In this document: positions 18,310 to 31,651 of the stretch, in pieces | Layout of the letters: every line of letters starts with the position of its first letter | How positions within the stretch are numbered: the first letter of the stretch is position 1 | Notes under the pieces: model-generated | What the model saw: the letters and a program-made list of their open reading frames with translations, nothing else | Told to the model about the DNA's origin: nothing | Databases searched by the model: none | Program-made: the position numbers and the translations under genes | Assembly (NCBI GenBank): GCA_963812105.1 | Contig: CAWEUF010000010.1 | Coordinates: 145,002-209,001 of the forward strand | DNA length: 64,000 nucleotides | Reading direction: 5' to 3' | Source of the DNA: an uncultured Alphaproteobacteria bacterium | Lineage (GTDB): Bacteria > Pseudomonadota > Alphaproteobacteria > Rhizobiales > Methyloligellaceae

Positions 18310-18552
18310 ATGTTGAAAACAACCATGATGATAATCGCGACGATGGTGCTGGTTGGCGTGTCTGCATTGCAGGTGCAAGCGGCGACATCCCACGACGTCA
18401 CCCTCGAGACCAGCGACCGGTCGGCCGAACTGGAGGGGACGTGGCAGCTGGCCCATGTGTCGCAGTGGGGCCATCACCATGAATGCAATCCCAGCCCCTG
18501 CCGGAAGTTGAAAGATCGGCACAAGCACGGCACCGGATCCGTGACCGAGTAG
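18310..18552 (+). CDS. Small secreted His/Cys-rich peptide
   Basis: AGGAGA RBS, signal peptide ending VQA, GHHHECNPSPC and HKH motifs, downstream hairpin. Confidence 0.7.
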   Translation: MLKTTMMIIATMVLVGVSALQVQAATSHDVTLETSDRSAELEGTWQLAHVSQWGHHHECNPSPCRKLKDRHKHGTGSVTE

Positions 18553-18566
18553 AGGCTGCAATAAAT

Positions 18567-18592
18567 AGGCCCCGTCCCGCGGCGGGGCCTTT
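18567..18592. terminator. Intrinsic terminator-like hairpin between convergent genes
   Basis: AGGCCCCGTC-ccgc-GGCGGGGCCT followed by TT, A-rich on the other side. Confidence 0.6.
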
Positions 18593-18636
18593 CCCTGCCC
18601 TGTCTCGGTCGCGCGCAGGCCGAGGATAAAGGCGCC

Positions 18637-19048
18637 CTACTTGCCGCCCAGCAGTTTCATGGCCACGCGCGGTATCGAGGAACTCGACCAAAGAAACCAC
18701 TTGGCCGTTCTCGACTTCGAGGAACTGAGCGATTTCGGTGATGGACTCTTCTTTGGTGTCCGCCTGGCGCATGGTGGCGCGCCAGCGGACGGCGGCCTTG
18801 TTGCCGGCGACGAACAGATCGAGAATTTCAAAATCGCTAACCGCGAACTTGGCGATCATCGACTCGAACCGGGCCATGATGTTGGCTTGGCCCGTCACCA
18901 GCGCCGTCAGCGCCCCCCAGGCGGGAGACCCCGCGATCCGAAAGGTGGCGTGGTTGGCGTAGCCGCGCCGAAGCGCGTCCATGTCGCCCGCGACCCTGGC
19001 GGCGCACAGCCCTCTGACCAGAGCTTCGATCTCGCCGCGATCACCCAT
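18637..19048 (-). CDS. SnoaL/NTF2-like protein with an apparent +1 frameshift near 18668
   Basis: GDMDAL, LFVAGNKAAVRW, NGQVVSLVEFLDTA; the natural end VAMKLLGGK* lies in the shifted frame; GGAGGG RBS. Confidence 0.8.
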
Positions 19049-19168
19049 GATCCCCTCCTATACGGCCGAGCCTATCTCACAACGCCTCATGGTGACTCCT
19101 CGGCGACCTAGGCGGTGGCCGCCTGGATGAGTTCCGCGTTCGACGAAAAAAATCCCCCTCGCAGGATC

Positions 19169-19193
19169 GGAACACGTCGCCGCGCTCGTCGTT
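19169..19193 (+). promoter_or_regulatory. sigmaEcfG/sigmaT general-stress promoter
   Basis: Exact GGAAC-N16-CGTT about 85 nt upstream of the DUF1236 gene. Confidence 0.65.
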
Positions 19194-19278
19194 TGACGAT
19201 CGATGAGCCGCTGCTCTGCTTAGCCGTTTCATACTGAGCGGCGAGAAGCGGCGGCATTACAACCCAAGGAGTAATGAC

Positions 19279-20019
19279 ATGCATGCTGCAAAACTCAATC
19301 TGTTCGGCGCGACTGCGTTGGCGCTCGTGCTGAGCTTGTCCGTGGCCCAGGCCGAACCACCGGCAGCGTCCGGCAATGCCGGCGGCGCTATCACCGGCGG
19401 CGCCCAGATGAACAAGGGCGGACCTGCCGGCGGTGCCCTGAATAACAGCGGACCGGATCTCGGCGTGCAAGGCGGCGCGAATGCCGGCGCCGATGTCGGC
19501 GCGGAGACGTCAGGCAAGGGCGCGAAAGCCGGTGCCAACGCCGGCGCGAATGCCGGCGCCGAGACGTCGGGCAAGGGCGCTAAAGCGGGCGCAAATGCCG
19601 ATGTCGACGGCAACGCCGGCAAAGCGGCCAAGAGCGACTCCGACATGACCACCGGCGGCAAAGCCGGCGCGAATGCAGACGGCCAGGCCAACACGGGCAA
19701 GAAAGGCGCCACCGCCGAGGGCCAGACCCAGACCGACGGCAAGGCGGGCGGCAAGACCAAGCTCGGCTCGCAGGAGGTCGGCAAGGTGCGCAGCTACTTC
19801 CATAGCAACAAGCCCCGCGCCAACCGCGTCGACAGGAACGAGGTCAACGTCTCGATCGGTATCGCTCTCCCCGGCACCATCGCGCTCTACGACCTTCCGC
19901 CCGACATCATCGTGGTCGAAGGCGCCTGCCCGATTAAGTATTTCGTGTGGGACGACGATGTCGTGTTGGTCAATTCCTGCTCGAGACAGGTGGTTGAGAT
20001 CATCGTCGACGTCGCGTAG
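19279..20019 (+). CDS. Secreted Gly/Ala-rich low-complexity protein with C-terminal DUF1236 domain
   Basis: AAGGAG RBS, signal peptide, GANAGAETSGKGAKA repeats, C-terminal VSIG..LP..I.LY.LP...YFV.DDDVVLV....RQVVEII. Confidence 0.8.
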   Translation: MHAAKLNLFGATALALVLSLSVAQAEPPAASGNAGGAITGGAQMNKGGPAGGALNNSGPDLGVQGGANAGADVGAETSGKGAKAGANAGANAGAETSGKGAKAGANADVDGNAGKAAKSDSDMTTGGKAGANADGQANTGKKGATAEGQTQTDGKAGGKTKLGSQEVGKVRSYFHSNKPRANRVDRNEVNVSIGIALPGTIALYDLPPDIIVVEGACPIKYFVWDDDVVLVNSCSRQVVEIIVDVA

Positions 20020-20042
20020 ATCGCGAATCGAGATCATCGGAG

Positions 20043-20072
20043 AGACGGCCGCTTCGGCGGCCGTCTTTTTTT
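20043..20072 (+). terminator. Rho-independent terminator
   Basis: AGACGGCCGC-TTCG-GCGGCCGTCT followed by a T run. Confidence 0.9.
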
Positions 20073-20390
20073 GCGCTCTGGTTCCCTCGGTCGCCCCGAT
20101 GCCGCGCCAATGGCGGCCCGGCGCCGTCTGGGTTTTGTGGAGAAGGGGCGCCGGGCCTGACCAGCCGGAGGAGCGCGAACTCGAGAGGCTGGCTGCATCA
20201 GCAACCAAACATCCGCTCCCCGTGTTCCTCATCCGACAAAAAAACGTTTTGCTGCGGCGACGCGCCACGCCATCTGTGACCGCGGGGGGCCAACATCGGC
20301 TTTAGGATCGACCTGCCGAGCGGCGCCCCCTACAATCCTGGCTGCTCGGCCGTTCCGAGCCAAGGCGGGTAGGCTGACGGGGAGTCTGGT

Positions 20391-22523
20391 TTGGAGCAAA
20401 GAGGGACTCTGGTTCTCTGGCAGGCCGCCCCCGACCCGCCGCCGAGCGACGCGCGGCGCAAATCTTGGGTCCCTGCCCTGCGCCTCGCGGCCAGCGTGAT
20501 CCTGATTGCCGTTCTGATCAGAGCGGTCCTGCTGCTGGCGATCGGCCTTGCCGCCCATAGCAGCCTCTGGCAGTTGCCCAACGGAGAGGTGCTCGAAGGG
20601 ATCCTGTCATCGTGCCAGTTCGAGCATGCGCGCCGGGACGGGACCGATGCCGAGCATATGATCTGCCCGACGCGCCTGCCGGCGCATGACTTTCCCAGCG
20701 TGCTGCGCGATGCCGTGATCGCCAGCGAGGATGAGCGCTTCTTTTCGCATGGCGCTCTCGATTTCCGCTCCAGCGTGCGGGCCGCGTGGCATTCGATGTC
20801 GGGCGACCGGCAGGGCGGCAGCACCATCACGCAGCAGCTCGCGCGGTCCCTCATCCTGAGAAAAGAAGACAGCTTCGAACGCAAGCTGTTGGAGGCCGTG
20901 GCGGCGATCCGCATCTTTGCGATGCTGCCGCGTGATGAGATCCTCACCCGCTACCTGAATGCGGTGCCGCACGCGCGCAACATGACCGGGTTCGACGATC
21001 CGGCGCGATACTATTTCGGCGTGGGCGTGCAACAGCTGACCCTGGCCGAGGCGGCCCTTCTGGTCGGCATGCTGCCCGAGCCGAACAATCGCGATCCCCG
21101 CAAGGCCCCGACCGACGCGTTCGACGCCGCGGTCGGCGTGCTCAAGCGCATGCTGCAGCAGCATAAGATCACGGCAGACCAGGCCGCGGCAGCGGAACAG
21201 GAGCTGAGGCGTCGCGTGCTCGGCGGCAATCTCCGCCGCGGCGATCAATCCTACGCGCGGATCGAATACCGGCCCTATCGCGATCTCGCTTTGCGCGAAG
21301 CGCGAAACAACGGCATCGCGCTTTCGGGCGACTACCGGCTGATCGTTCATCTCGATGCCGGCTTCCAGCAGAATTTGCTGGCGCAGATGTGCTCGATCAG
21401 CGGCTCGCATCAAGCCGCCGGCTTCTTCATGCGGCCGTCGGGCGAGGTGCTGGCGACGGCCGGGTCGTGCCGCTACACCGGCGCGTGGAACCGCGCGACC
21501 GACATCGAGCGGTCGATCGGCTCGACCGGCAAGTTGTTTCCGCTGATCGGCGCCCATGAGGCCGGGCTCAGCCTGAGATACCCGGTCTCAACCCGGCCGT
21601 TGCGCAAACCCAACTGGCCGGCCGAGCCCAATAGCAAGTGCTTGGCGCGGAGCAAGGTCAGGTTGGATTTCGCCCTGACCTATTCCTGCAACCGGCCGTG
21701 GGCCGCCATGGCCATGCGGATGGGACCGCGGCTCGACGACATCATCGCGCGATTCGACCTCGCCGCGCCGAAATCGGCGGCGCTGGTGCCGCTGGGCGGC
21801 ATCAACACCTCGCCGATGAAGCTGACGCGGGCCTATGCGACGCTGCAGAACGGCGGCGTGCTGCCGCAGGTGCGCTTTTTGCGGGCGGCGATCGGGCCCA
21901 AGGGCAACGTCATCGGCATGCCGGCGGCCAAGGCGGAACGGCGCGCGCTGTCGCGGGCCACCGCCTCGGCGACCCTTCAGGATTTGCGCGGGCCGGTGAA
22001 GCGCGGCACGGCGCGCGCGGCGAATTCGCCGCATGCGCTGGTCTATGGCAAGACCGGAACCTCCTCGCACAACATGGACGCTCTGTTCGTGGGGCTGACC
22101 CGGGATTTCGTCGGCAGTCTATGGCTCGGTCACGACCGGCCCGCCCCGATGCGAGGGGTCCATGGCGGGGGCGCACCGGCGCAGGCCTTCGCCAAGCTCA
22201 CTGATCTCTATTATCTGCGGCTGGCGCAAGCCCGCTTCGCCAGGCGGCAGGAGGAAGAGGCCGGCGGCGAGTGGGGCAAGCTCAGGGGTCTCGCGCCGAG
22301 CGAGCCGATGCTGCGCACACTGGCGGTGTTGGGCTCGATGGCGATGTCGTGCTGGTTGCTGGCGCTGATGTTTCGCCGGCGCAAATACCGGCCGGCGGAC
22401 GCGGCCGTCGCGGCGGACAGCCCCGTATCGGCACCGTGGCCCAATGCTGCGATCGAACCGAGCACGGTGGTCCCGTTCAACGATCGGTCGCTGGCGGGCG
22501 GCTCTCCCGATCATCGCCGCTGA
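20391..22523 (+). CDS. Class A penicillin-binding protein (transglycosylase plus transpeptidase)
   Basis: EDERFFSH, GGSTITQQL, RKLLE, YLN; STGK, SCN, KTGT; additional C-terminal hydrophobic helix; start uncertain. Confidence 0.88.
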   Translation: MEQRGTLVLWQAAPDPPPSDARRKSWVPALRLAASVILIAVLIRAVLLLAIGLAAHSSLWQLPNGEVLEGILSSCQFEHARRDGTDAEHMICPTRLPAHDFPSVLRDAVIASEDERFFSHGALDFRSSVRAAWHSMSGDRQGGSTITQQLARSLILRKEDSFERKLLEAVAAIRIFAMLPRDEILTRYLNAVPHARNMTGFDDPARYYFGVGVQQLTLAEAALLVGMLPEPNNRDPRKAPTDAFDAAVGVLKRMLQQHKITADQAAAAEQELRRRVLGGNLRRGDQSYARIEYRPYRDLALREARNNGIALSGDYRLIVHLDAGFQQNLLAQMCSISGSHQAAGFFMRPSGEVLATAGSCRYTGAWNRATDIERSIGSTGKLFPLIGAHEAGLSLRYPVSTRPLRKPNWPAEPNSKCLARSKVRLDFALTYSCNRPWAAMAMRMGPRLDDIIARFDLAAPKSAALVPLGGINTSPMKLTRAYATLQNGGVLPQVRFLRAAIGPKGNVIGMPAAKAERRALSRATASATLQDLRGPVKRGTARAANSPHALVYGKTGTSSHNMDALFVGLTRDFVGSLWLGHDRPAPMRGVHGGGAPAQAFAKLTDLYYLRLAQARFARRQEEEAGGEWGKLRGLAPSEPMLRTLAVLGSMAMSCWLLALMFRRRKYRPADAAVAADSPVSAPWPNAAIEPSTVVPFNDRSLAGGSPDHRR

Positions 22524-22542
22524 GCGCCAGCGTTCCTCGAGG

Positions 22543-23094
22543 TTATTTCTTGTCGTTGCGGCGGCGCTTGGGCGCGGCGCGGCGCGGCGGCTGCGGAACG
22601 CCGAGATCGCCGTCCGGCAAGGCGACGAAGATCAGCACGCCGAGCACCGCCATATAGAAGCGGAAGGCGGCGTCCTGGCCGTTCCAGGTCTGCGACTGCC
22701 ACATGGCGAACCACTCGCCGGCAACCACCATGAAGCCGAAGAACCAGACGAGGAACGCGAGGGTGCAGGCGGCGATGACCAGGGACTTGGCCTCGTTGAA
22801 CACCGCGCCGGGCGCGTTCCGCACCTGGATGAGGCGAATGGCCCCGGCGAGGAACAGAACGCCGGTTGCGCCTTCCGCGGCGATGATCAGCCCATAAGCG
22901 AGCTGCCACAGCACCGGATTGGTGATCGACCGATACATCAGCGCGTTGCCGGGAAAGGTCGTGTCCATGCTCAGCACGTGCTGCACGAACAGATAGTTGG
23001 TGCCGTAATCGGTGAGGTTGTCGAAGGCGACGACCAGGCAGAAGGCGGCGAGCGCGAGGCTCATTACGATCTTGGCGTAGCGCGCGATCAGCAT
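22543..23094 (-). CDS. DUF2165 family membrane protein
   Basis: NLTDYGTNYLFVQHVLSMDTTF, GEWFAMWQSQTWNGQDAAFR. Confidence 0.9.
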   Translation of the reverse strand: MLIARYAKIVMSLALAAFCLVVAFDNLTDYGTNYLFVQHVLSMDTTFPGNALMYRSITNPVLWQLAYGLIIAAEGATGVLFLAGAIRLIQVRNAPGAVFNEAKSLVIAACTLAFLVWFFGFMVVAGEWFAMWQSQTWNGQDAAFRFYMAVLGVLIFVALPDGDLGVPQPPRRAAPKRRRNDKK

Positions 23095-23116
23095 GGACTG
23101 CCCTCTCCCGCTTCCC

Positions 23117-23214
23117 TGTCATTGCCCGGCCTGACCGGGCAATCCAGTACGCCCTGCATTCGCAAATCAACGAAGACTAGTGATTACTGGATTCCCGCTT
23201 TCGCGGGAATGACA
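23117..23214. repeat. REP/RIME-like palindromic intergenic repeat
   Basis: TGTCATTGCCCGG-cctga-CCGGGCAATCCAGTA ... TACTGGATTCCCGC-tttc-GCGGGAATGACA; two hairpins closed by terminal TGTCAT/ATGACA. Confidence 0.8.
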
Positions 23215-23235
23215 CCTGGAGAATTGGAGCAACCC

Positions 23236-26651
<3,416 letters not shown>

Positions 26652-26661
26652 AGTCCCACTG

Positions 26662-26698
26662 AAAAAACCGGCCTCGCGCCTTCAGGTCCGCGGCCGGT
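26662..26698 (-). terminator. Terminator-like hairpin in the ilvB leader (possible attenuator)
   Basis: Minus strand ACCGGCC...GGCCGGT then a T run ending about 10 nt before the ATG. Confidence 0.55.
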
Positions 26699-27012
26699 CA
26701 GAGCTCGACGAATAGCGGAAAAGTCTAAATAAGGCGCGCACCCTAGGACTTGCAAGATAGAGGGTCAACGCCAAATGCGAATGAATGAGAAGATTCGTAC
26801 CTATTTTCTTTCCGAAAATTGCTTCTTTGTCGGAAACGAAGCTATTTTGTTACTCTCCCTGACCGCTGCCGGCATAACGGCCGGCACCGTTACTCCAGCG
26901 CCCTAGACAAGCCAAGCCGATCCGCCTATGTCCCATTCGCTTCAGGGACCGCGGCGCTGCTTTCGGCGTTTGACGCGACATCTTTCAACGCCACTCCCCA
27001 TCTTCCGTTTAA

Positions 27013-28932
27013 ATGCAGCAGTCCGCACGCTCAGACATTCCCGCCGCCAACGGCGCTGATACTCCAGCGCTGTCGCCGCGCACATTCTGGGCCCTCACCT
27101 TCGGCTCGATCGGCGTCGTTTATGGCGACATCGGCACCAGCCCGCTTTACGCGTTGCGCGTCGCGCTGTTCGCCGCCAGCGGAGAACAGGGCGCGGTTTC
27201 GCAGGCGGCGGTGTATGGCGTGCTGTCGCTGATCTTCTGGTCGTTGATCATCGTCGTCACGCTCAAATATGTGCTGATCCTGTTGCGCGCCGACAATAAC
27301 GGCGAAGGCGGCACGCTGGCATTGACCGCGCTAGCCTTCCGGGCGTTGGGCCGACGTACGCCGCTCGTGCTCGCGGTCGGCATCGTCGGCGCGTCGATGT
27401 TCTACGGCTCGACCCTGATCACCCCGGCGCTCTCGGTGCTGTCGGCCGTCGAGGGCCTGACCGTGGCGACGTCGGCGTTCGGGCCCTATGTGCTGCCGCT
27501 CACGGTGGTGATCCTGATTGCCCTGTTCTCGGTGCAGTCGCACGGCACCGCGCGGATCTCCGCGTTGTTCGCGCCGATCACCACGGTCTGGTTCGTGGTC
27601 ATCGCCATCGCCGGCGCGGTGGAGATCGCCGCCAATCCAACGGTGCTGGCGGCCATCAATCCTTATTACGGCATCAAATTCCTCCTCGCCCACGGCATTG
27701 TCGGGCTGGTCACGCTCGCGGCGGTGTTCCTGGTGGTGACCGGCTCGGAGGCGCTCTACAACGATCTCGGCCATTTCGGCCGGAAGCCGATTCAGACGGC
27801 GTGGCTCTATCTCGTGCTGCCCGCGCTGCTGCTCAATTATTTCGGGCAAGGCGCGTTGGTGCTGGCCCATCCCGAGACCATCCTGAATCCGTTCTATCTG
27901 CTGTTCCCGGATTGGGCGCTCTACCCGATGGTGGCGCTGGCCACCGCGGCAACCGCCATCGCCAGCCAAGCGGTGATCAGCGGCGCCTATTCCATCACCC
28001 GCCAAGCCATGCAACTCGGTTTCCTGCCGCGGATGGAAGTGCGTCACACCTCGGAGTCCCAAGCCGGGCAAATCTACATGCCGCGGGTCAATTGGCTGCT
28101 GCTGACCGGCGTGCTGTTGCTGGTGTTCATGTTCCGCTCATCGAGCGAACTGGCCGCAGCCTATGTGCTGGCCGTGGCAACGACCGAATGGACCGCCGGC
28201 GTACTCGGTTTCATCGTGATCTGGAAATTGTGGCGTTGGCCGCTATGGGCGGCCGCCGGTTTGATGATTCCGCTCGGATTTATCGATTTGACTTTTATGA
28301 TGGCGAGCACGCTGGAGCTGTTCGAGGGCGCCTGGATGCCGGTGCTGGTCGGGGCCGCCCTGGTGGTCATCATGTACACCTGGCGGCGCGGCACGCGGCT
28401 GCTGGCGCAGAAGACCAGGCGCGTCGAGGTGCCGTTCGCCCCGCTGGTCAAGAGCCTCGAAGATCGGCCCCCTCACATCGTGCCGGGCACCGCCGTGTTC
28501 CTCACCAGCGATCCCGAATTCGCGCCGACCGCGCTGTTGCACAACCTCAAGCACAACAAGGTCCTGCACGACCAGAACGTGATCTTGACCATCGTCAACG
28601 AGGACATTCCGCGGGTCGATCCCAAGGACCGCGTGGAGATGGCGCCGATCAGCGACCGGTTCATGGGTCTGGTGCTGCATTTCGGCTTCGTCGAGCGGCC
28701 GAACGTGCCCAAGGCGCTCGCCATCGCGCGCAAGCAAGGCTGGCAATTCGACATCATGTCGACGTCGTTCTTCCTGTCGCGCCGCTCGGTCAGGCCCGAC
28801 CCGCGCTCGGGCATGCCGCCATGGCAGGACCGCCTCTATATTTTCCTCGCGCATAATGCCGACGACGCGTCGAGCTACTTCCAGCTGCCCACCGACCGCG
28901 TGGTGGAGATCGGCACGCAGGTCACGGTCTAG
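27013..28932 (+). CDS. kup: KUP/HAK/KT family potassium transporter
   Basis: [57 protein letters not shown]. Confidence 0.93.
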   Translation: MQQSARSDIPAANGADTPALSPRTFWALTFGSIGVVYGDIGTSPLYALRVALFAASGEQGAVSQAAVYGVLSLIFWSLIIVVTLKYVLILLRADNNGEGGTLALTALAFRALGRRTPLVLAVGIVGASMFYGSTLITPALSVLSAVEGLTVATSAFGPYVLPLTVVILIALFSVQSHGTARISALFAPITTVWFVVIAIAGAVEIAANPTVLAAINPYYGIKFLLAHGIVGLVTLAAVFLVVTGSEALYNDLGHFGRKPIQTAWLYLVLPALLLNYFGQGALVLAHPETILNPFYLLFPDWALYPMVALATAATAIASQAVISGAYSITRQAMQLGFLPRMEVRHTSESQAGQIYMPRVNWLLLTGVLLLVFMFRSSSELAAAYVLAVATTEWTAGVLGFIVIWKLWRWPLWAAAGLMIPLGFIDLTFMMASTLELFEGAWMPVLVGAALVVIMYTWRRGTRLLAQKTRRVEVPFAPLVKSLEDRPPHIVPGTAVFLTSDPEFAPTALLHNLKHNKVLHDQNVILTIVNEDIPRVDPKDRVEMAPISDRFMGLVLHFGFVERPNVPKALAIARKQGWQFDIMSTSFFLSRRSVRPDPRSGMPPWQDRLYIFLAHNADDASSYFQLPTDRVVEIGTQVTV

Positions 28933-29831
28933 CGCTGCGCACACTTGACCGCGGTGGCCGCGTCGGGTGCCCATTCCCAGTCCATCATGAACCGCCTGGC
29001 CCAAGTCATTTGCCTTTTGGCATAGCGGCGGGTCTCGGTCTTGGCCTTGGCGACCGCGTCTTCCAAGGTGCTCGCGCCGGCAAGATAAGCGCCAAGCTCG
29101 CGGACGCCATGCGCCCGCATCGCCGGCAGCCCGGGATCGAGCCCAAGGGCGAGCAGCGCCGTCACCTCCTCGAGCGCGCCCTCCCCGATCATCGACTCGA
29201 AGCGCGCGTCGATCGTCGCATAAAGCGGCTCGCGCTCAGGCGCGACCACGAGCTTCAGCACGCCATGCGGCGGAAGCGCCGGGGTGGCCGAAGCGCCCTG
29301 CCATTCGGCTAGCGAGACCCCCGTGGCATCGATGACTTCGAGCGCCCGGGCGATGCGCTGCGGATCGGTGGGCTTAAGCCGCGCCGCCATGGCGGGATCG
29401 CGGGCGGCAAGCTCGCGATGGAGGTGTTCGACGCCCTGCGCCTCGGCCCGTTCGCGCCAATGCTCGCGGATATCGGGGGGAATGTCGGGGATCGCCGCCA
29501 GGCCCTCGGTCAGCGCCTTGAAATAGAGGCCGGTGCCGCCGACCAGGATCGGCACGCGCCCGGCGGCCGAAGCCTCGGCGATGGCGCGGGCGGCATGGTC
29601 GAGCCAACTTCCGACCGAACAGGCCTCGGCGGCAGAGCTGGTGCCGTACAGTCGGTGCGGCACGCGCGCCATGTCGGCGGCCGAGGGCCGCGCGGTCAGC
29701 ACGGCCAGCTCGCGATAGACCTGCATCGAGTCGGCGTTGATGACCGTGCCGCGCAGTTTCTCCGCCAGCTCGAGCGCGGCGGCCGATTTGCCGCTCGCGG
29801 TCGGCCCGGCAATCAGAATGGCTGTGGGCAC
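28929..29831 (-). CDS. miaA: tRNA dimethylallyltransferase
   Basis: [33 protein letters not shown]. Confidence 0.95.
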   Translation of the reverse strand: MPTAILIAGPTASGKSAAALELAEKLRGTVINADSMQVYRELAVLTARPSAADMARVPHRLYGTSSAAEACSVGSWLDHAARAIAEASAAGRVPILVGGTGLYFKALTEGLAAIPDIPPDIREHWRERAEAQGVEHLHRELAARDPAMAARLKPTDPQRIARALEVIDATGVSLAEWQGASATPALPPHGVLKLVVAPEREPLYATIDARFESMIGEGALEEVTALLALGLDPGLPAMRAHGVRELGAYLAGASTLEDAVAKAKTETRRYAKRQMTWARRFMMDWEWAPDAATAVKCAQR

Positions 29832-29849
29832 GCGGGCGATGCGCCGGCC

Positions 29850-31332
29850 CTAGGTCGTCGGCACGGCGACGAAACGGAGCTCGCCCTTGGTATCGGACAG
29901 CAGCAGCAGCACCGAGCGCCGCCCGGATTTTTTCACCGCGAGCAATCTCGCCTTCACGTCCTGCGGCTGCTTGACCTTCTCTTGCGTCACCTCGACGATC
30001 ACGTCGCCGGGCTTCACGTTTTTCTGCGCCGCCGGGCTGTTGGGCTTCACCTCGGTGATGACCACACCCTCGATCGCCCGGCCGATCTTGTAACGCTCGC
30101 GCAACTCGTCGGTCAGCGGCGCGATCGACAGGCCGAGCAGGTCCTCCCGCTCAGGCTCGAGCGCCGGCGCATCCTCGCTCTTCACCGCGTCCTCGGCCTC
30201 CTCGCCTTCCGGCAGGCGGCCGACGATCACGGTGAGGTCCAAGTGCTTGCCCTTGCGCAACAGCTCGACCGCGACGTTCTTGCCGATGGACGTGGCGGCG
30301 ACCGCGCGCGGCAGGCTGCGCATGTTCTCGATCGGCTGGCCGTCGAAGGTGAGGATCACGTCGCTCGGCTGAAGGCCGGCGGCGGCGGCCGGGCTGTCGG
30401 GCGACACTTTGGCAACCAGCGCGCCCTTGGGCGCTTGCAGGCCCAGGCCGGCGGCGATCTCCTCGGTGACGTTCTGCACCTGTACGCCGAGCCAGCCGCG
30501 CCGCGTCTCGCCGTATTGCTTGAGCTGGTCGATCACCTGCACCGCGCTGTTCGACGGCACGGCGAAGCCAATGCCGATCGAGCCGCCGGTCGGCGAGATG
30601 ATCGCCGTGTTCACGCCGATGACGTGGCCCTCCATGTCGAACAGCGGACCGCCGGAATTGCCACGATTGATGGCGGCGTCGGTTTGCAGGAAATCGTCAT
30701 AGGGCCCGGCATTGATGTCGCGCTTGGTGGCGGAGATGATGCCCACGGTGACGCTGCCGCCCAGCCCGAACGGATTGCCGATCGCCATCACCCAGTCGCC
30801 CACCCGCATCTTGCCCGAGTCGCCGAAGGTGACTGCTTTGAGCGGCTTCTTGGGCTCGACCTTGAGCAGAGCGAGATCGGTCTTGGGATCATGGCCCAAG
30901 ATCTTGGTGACCTTCAGCTTGGTGCCGTCGGTGAAGTTGATGATGATCTCGTCGGCGCCCTCGATGACGTGATTGTTGGTGACGACCAGGCCGGAGGGGT
31001 CGATGACGAAGCCGGAGCCAAGCGAGCTCACTTTGCGCGACACGCCTTCGCTATCCTCGTCATCGAAGAAATCGTCGAAGAACTCCTCGAACGGCGAGCC
31101 CTTGGGGCCCGGGCCCGCTCGGCGCATTGTCCGCCGTCCCTTTGAGCGTCTGGGTGGTGGAGATATTGACGACGGAATCCTGGAGGCCCTCGGCGACATC
31201 GGCGACCGAATCGGGTCCGCGCGCGAAACTCGACGTGACGAGCAGCGGCGCGCCGGCGAGCAGCAGCGCCAACGACGCCGCGATCAGACCGAAACGCCGA
31301 ACGCTCGGGACGACTTGAAGGCGTGGTGGCAT
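29850..31332 (-). CDS. Do/DegP/DegQ family periplasmic serine protease, apparent +1 frameshift near 31105
   Basis: Signal peptide and SVVNIS in one frame; GSGFVID, TNNHV, TDLAL, AINRGNSGGP and two PDZ domains in the next frame. Confidence 0.92.
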
Positions 31333-31429
31333 CGATCGATTACTCCCGGCTCGCCGCCGATCAAACCTGGTGCGGTCATCTTAGCGGAAATCGGCAGGGG
31401 TGAGCAGATTCCGTGCGCCGAAAGGGCGA

Positions 31430-31615
31430 CTAACCGCGCACGATCCAGATGACGAGCACGCCCGCCGCGACCGCCATCGCCCCTGCCAAGCGCAAATTCG
31501 ACTCAGGCATGCCGGCGGTCGCCTCCAGGAACTTGCGGCCGAGACCCGGCGCGAGCGCCCATAGCGTCCCTTCAATGACGAGGACCAGTCCGAGAGCGAC
31601 GGCAAGGGTGTTCAT
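31430..31615 (-). CDS. DUF2065 family small membrane protein
   Basis: ALGLVLVIEG.LWALAP, LRLAG; usual position downstream of hflC. Confidence 0.88.
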   Translation of the reverse strand: MNTLAVALGLVLVIEGTLWALAPGLGRKFLEATAGMPESNLRLAGAMAVAAGVLVIWIVRG

Positions 31616-31651
31616 TGCGCCAGCGTCATAGCGACCCGCGCAGGCCTTAGC

